Shown: positions 63,184-64,000 of the stretch, piece after piece
Layout of the letters: every line of letters starts with the position of its first letter
Numbering within the stretch: the first letter of the stretch is position 1
Assembly: GCA_044341675.1 (NCBI GenBank)
Contig: JBIIRH010000001.1
Coordinates: 15,870 to 79,869 of the forward strand
Reading direction: 5' to 3'
Length of the DNA stretch: 64,000 nucleotides
Origin: Pontimonas sp.
GTDB taxonomy: Bacteria > Actinomycetota > Actinomycetes > Actinomycetales > Microbacteriaceae
Notes under the pieces: generated by a model
Seen by the model: the letters and a program-made list of their open reading frames with translations, nothing else
Told to the model about the DNA's origin: nothing
Database searches by the model: none
Position numbers and translations under genes: made by a program

Positions 63184-64000
63184 ATGTCACACGCCGATCA
63201 GGCGATGAAACCCCCTTCGATAGTCGTGGGGGTCACCGGTGGTATCGCAGCGTATAAGGCGGTCACGCTTGTTCGTGAACTAGTCCGCGGCGGCGCTCAC
63301 GTCACAGTGATTCCGACCGCCTCAGCGCTCAAGTTTGTTGGCCTGCCCACCTGGGAGGCAATCTCCAGAAACCCAGTTCATACCGGTCTATTCGATGGCG
63401 TCGCCGAGGTTCGCCATGTGGCACTGGGCCAGAGCGCGGATCTGGTCATCATCGCACCGGCGACAGCACACGCCCTGGCGCAGTTGGCCGGCGGGTTTGC
63501 CGGTGACCTCCTCGGCACCACAGTGTTGGCAAGCAAAGCCCCTCTGTTGATTGCACCGGCGATGCACACCGAAATGTGGGGAAACGCTGCCGTTGTGCAC
63601 AACGTTGAGACTCTCATTGGCCGCGGTGTTCACCTGGTCGGCCCCGCCGCGGGCGAACTGACTGGAGGAGATAGCGGTGTGGGCCGCATGGCGGAGCCTG
63701 AGGACATCGCCGCACGTGCCTTCGAACTTCTTCGCCCTCAGGCCTGGGCTGGTCGGAAGGTCCTAATCTCCGCCGGTGGTACGAGAGAAGCTCTCGATCC
63801 GGTGCGGTTCATCGGAAACCGTTCTACCGGCGCGATGGGCGTTGCCATCGCGCGGGCGGCTCTGCAGCAGGGGGCCGTCGTAACCCTGGTGCACGCCCAC
63901 TTGGAAGTCCCCGTGCCCCGAGGAGTTGAGAGCGTTCCTGCTGGCACTGCTGCCCTAATGCGAGAGGCCATGCTTTCGCATGCGCCGGAGGCGGACGTCA
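63184..64000 (+). CDS. coaBC: Bifunctional CoaBC (partial, runs off the right edge)
   Basis: Hand translation: VVGVTGGIAAYKA, APATA, APAMHTEMW, GRMAEPE, ISAGGTREALDPVRFIGNRSTG. Confidence 0.95.
   Translation, partial: MSHADQAMKPPSIVVGVTGGIAAYKAVTLVRELVRGGAHVTVIPTASALKFVGLPTWEAISRNPVHTGLFDGVAEVRHVALGQSADLVIIAPATAHALAQLAGGFAGDLLGTTVLASKAPLLIAPAMHTEMWGNAAVVHNVETLIGRGVHLVGPAAGELTGGDSGVGRMAEPEDIAARAFELLRPQAWAGRKVLISAGGTREALDPVRFIGNRSTGAMGVAIARAALQQGAVVTLVHAHLEVPVPRGVESVPAGTAALMREAMLSHAPEADV

Noticed and set aside
1-64000. CRISPR arrays, IS elements, integrases, prophage, rRNA
   Set aside because: No regularly spaced repeats, transposase or integrase motifs, or rRNA sequence were seen; nearly all of the window is explained by core genes.

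Overview
64 kb of a compact, high-GC actinobacterial chromosome, most likely Microbacteriaceae (inferred from gene content and order). It is almost all core genes: convergent topoisomerase IV B/A subunits, sepH-DUF4193-DUF3093-dut-DUF3710-DUF3159, acnA, dxs, rnd-DUF3000-RibD-like-sufE-sseA, zapE, nhaA, amtB, a LysE exporter, four tRNAs, thrS-HIT-pdxST-yebC-ruvCAB-yajC-secDF-rel, rarA, a stand-alone rpsD, alaS-ruvX-mltG-aroECKBQ-efp-nusB and pyrR-pyrBC-carAB-pyrF-gmk-rpoZ-coaBC. I saw no IS, integrase, prophage or CRISPR array. The most interesting signal is at the left edge: two adjacent alanine-racemase paralogues with reciprocal active-site losses. One keeps the PLP lysine but lacks the catalytic Tyr loop, and the other keeps the Tyr loop but lacks the lysine and most of the barrel, suggesting an obligate heterodimeric amino-acid racemase. 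Other highlights are an mIHF-guanylate kinase fusion, a structured rpsD leader, a cyclophilin lacking its catalytic Arg, an orphan AbiEi-like gene overlapping rel, candidate ClgR, TamR, GlnR and PyrR sites, and many leaderless promoters, some built on stop codons. All family assignments come from motif recognition by eye; no database searches were run.
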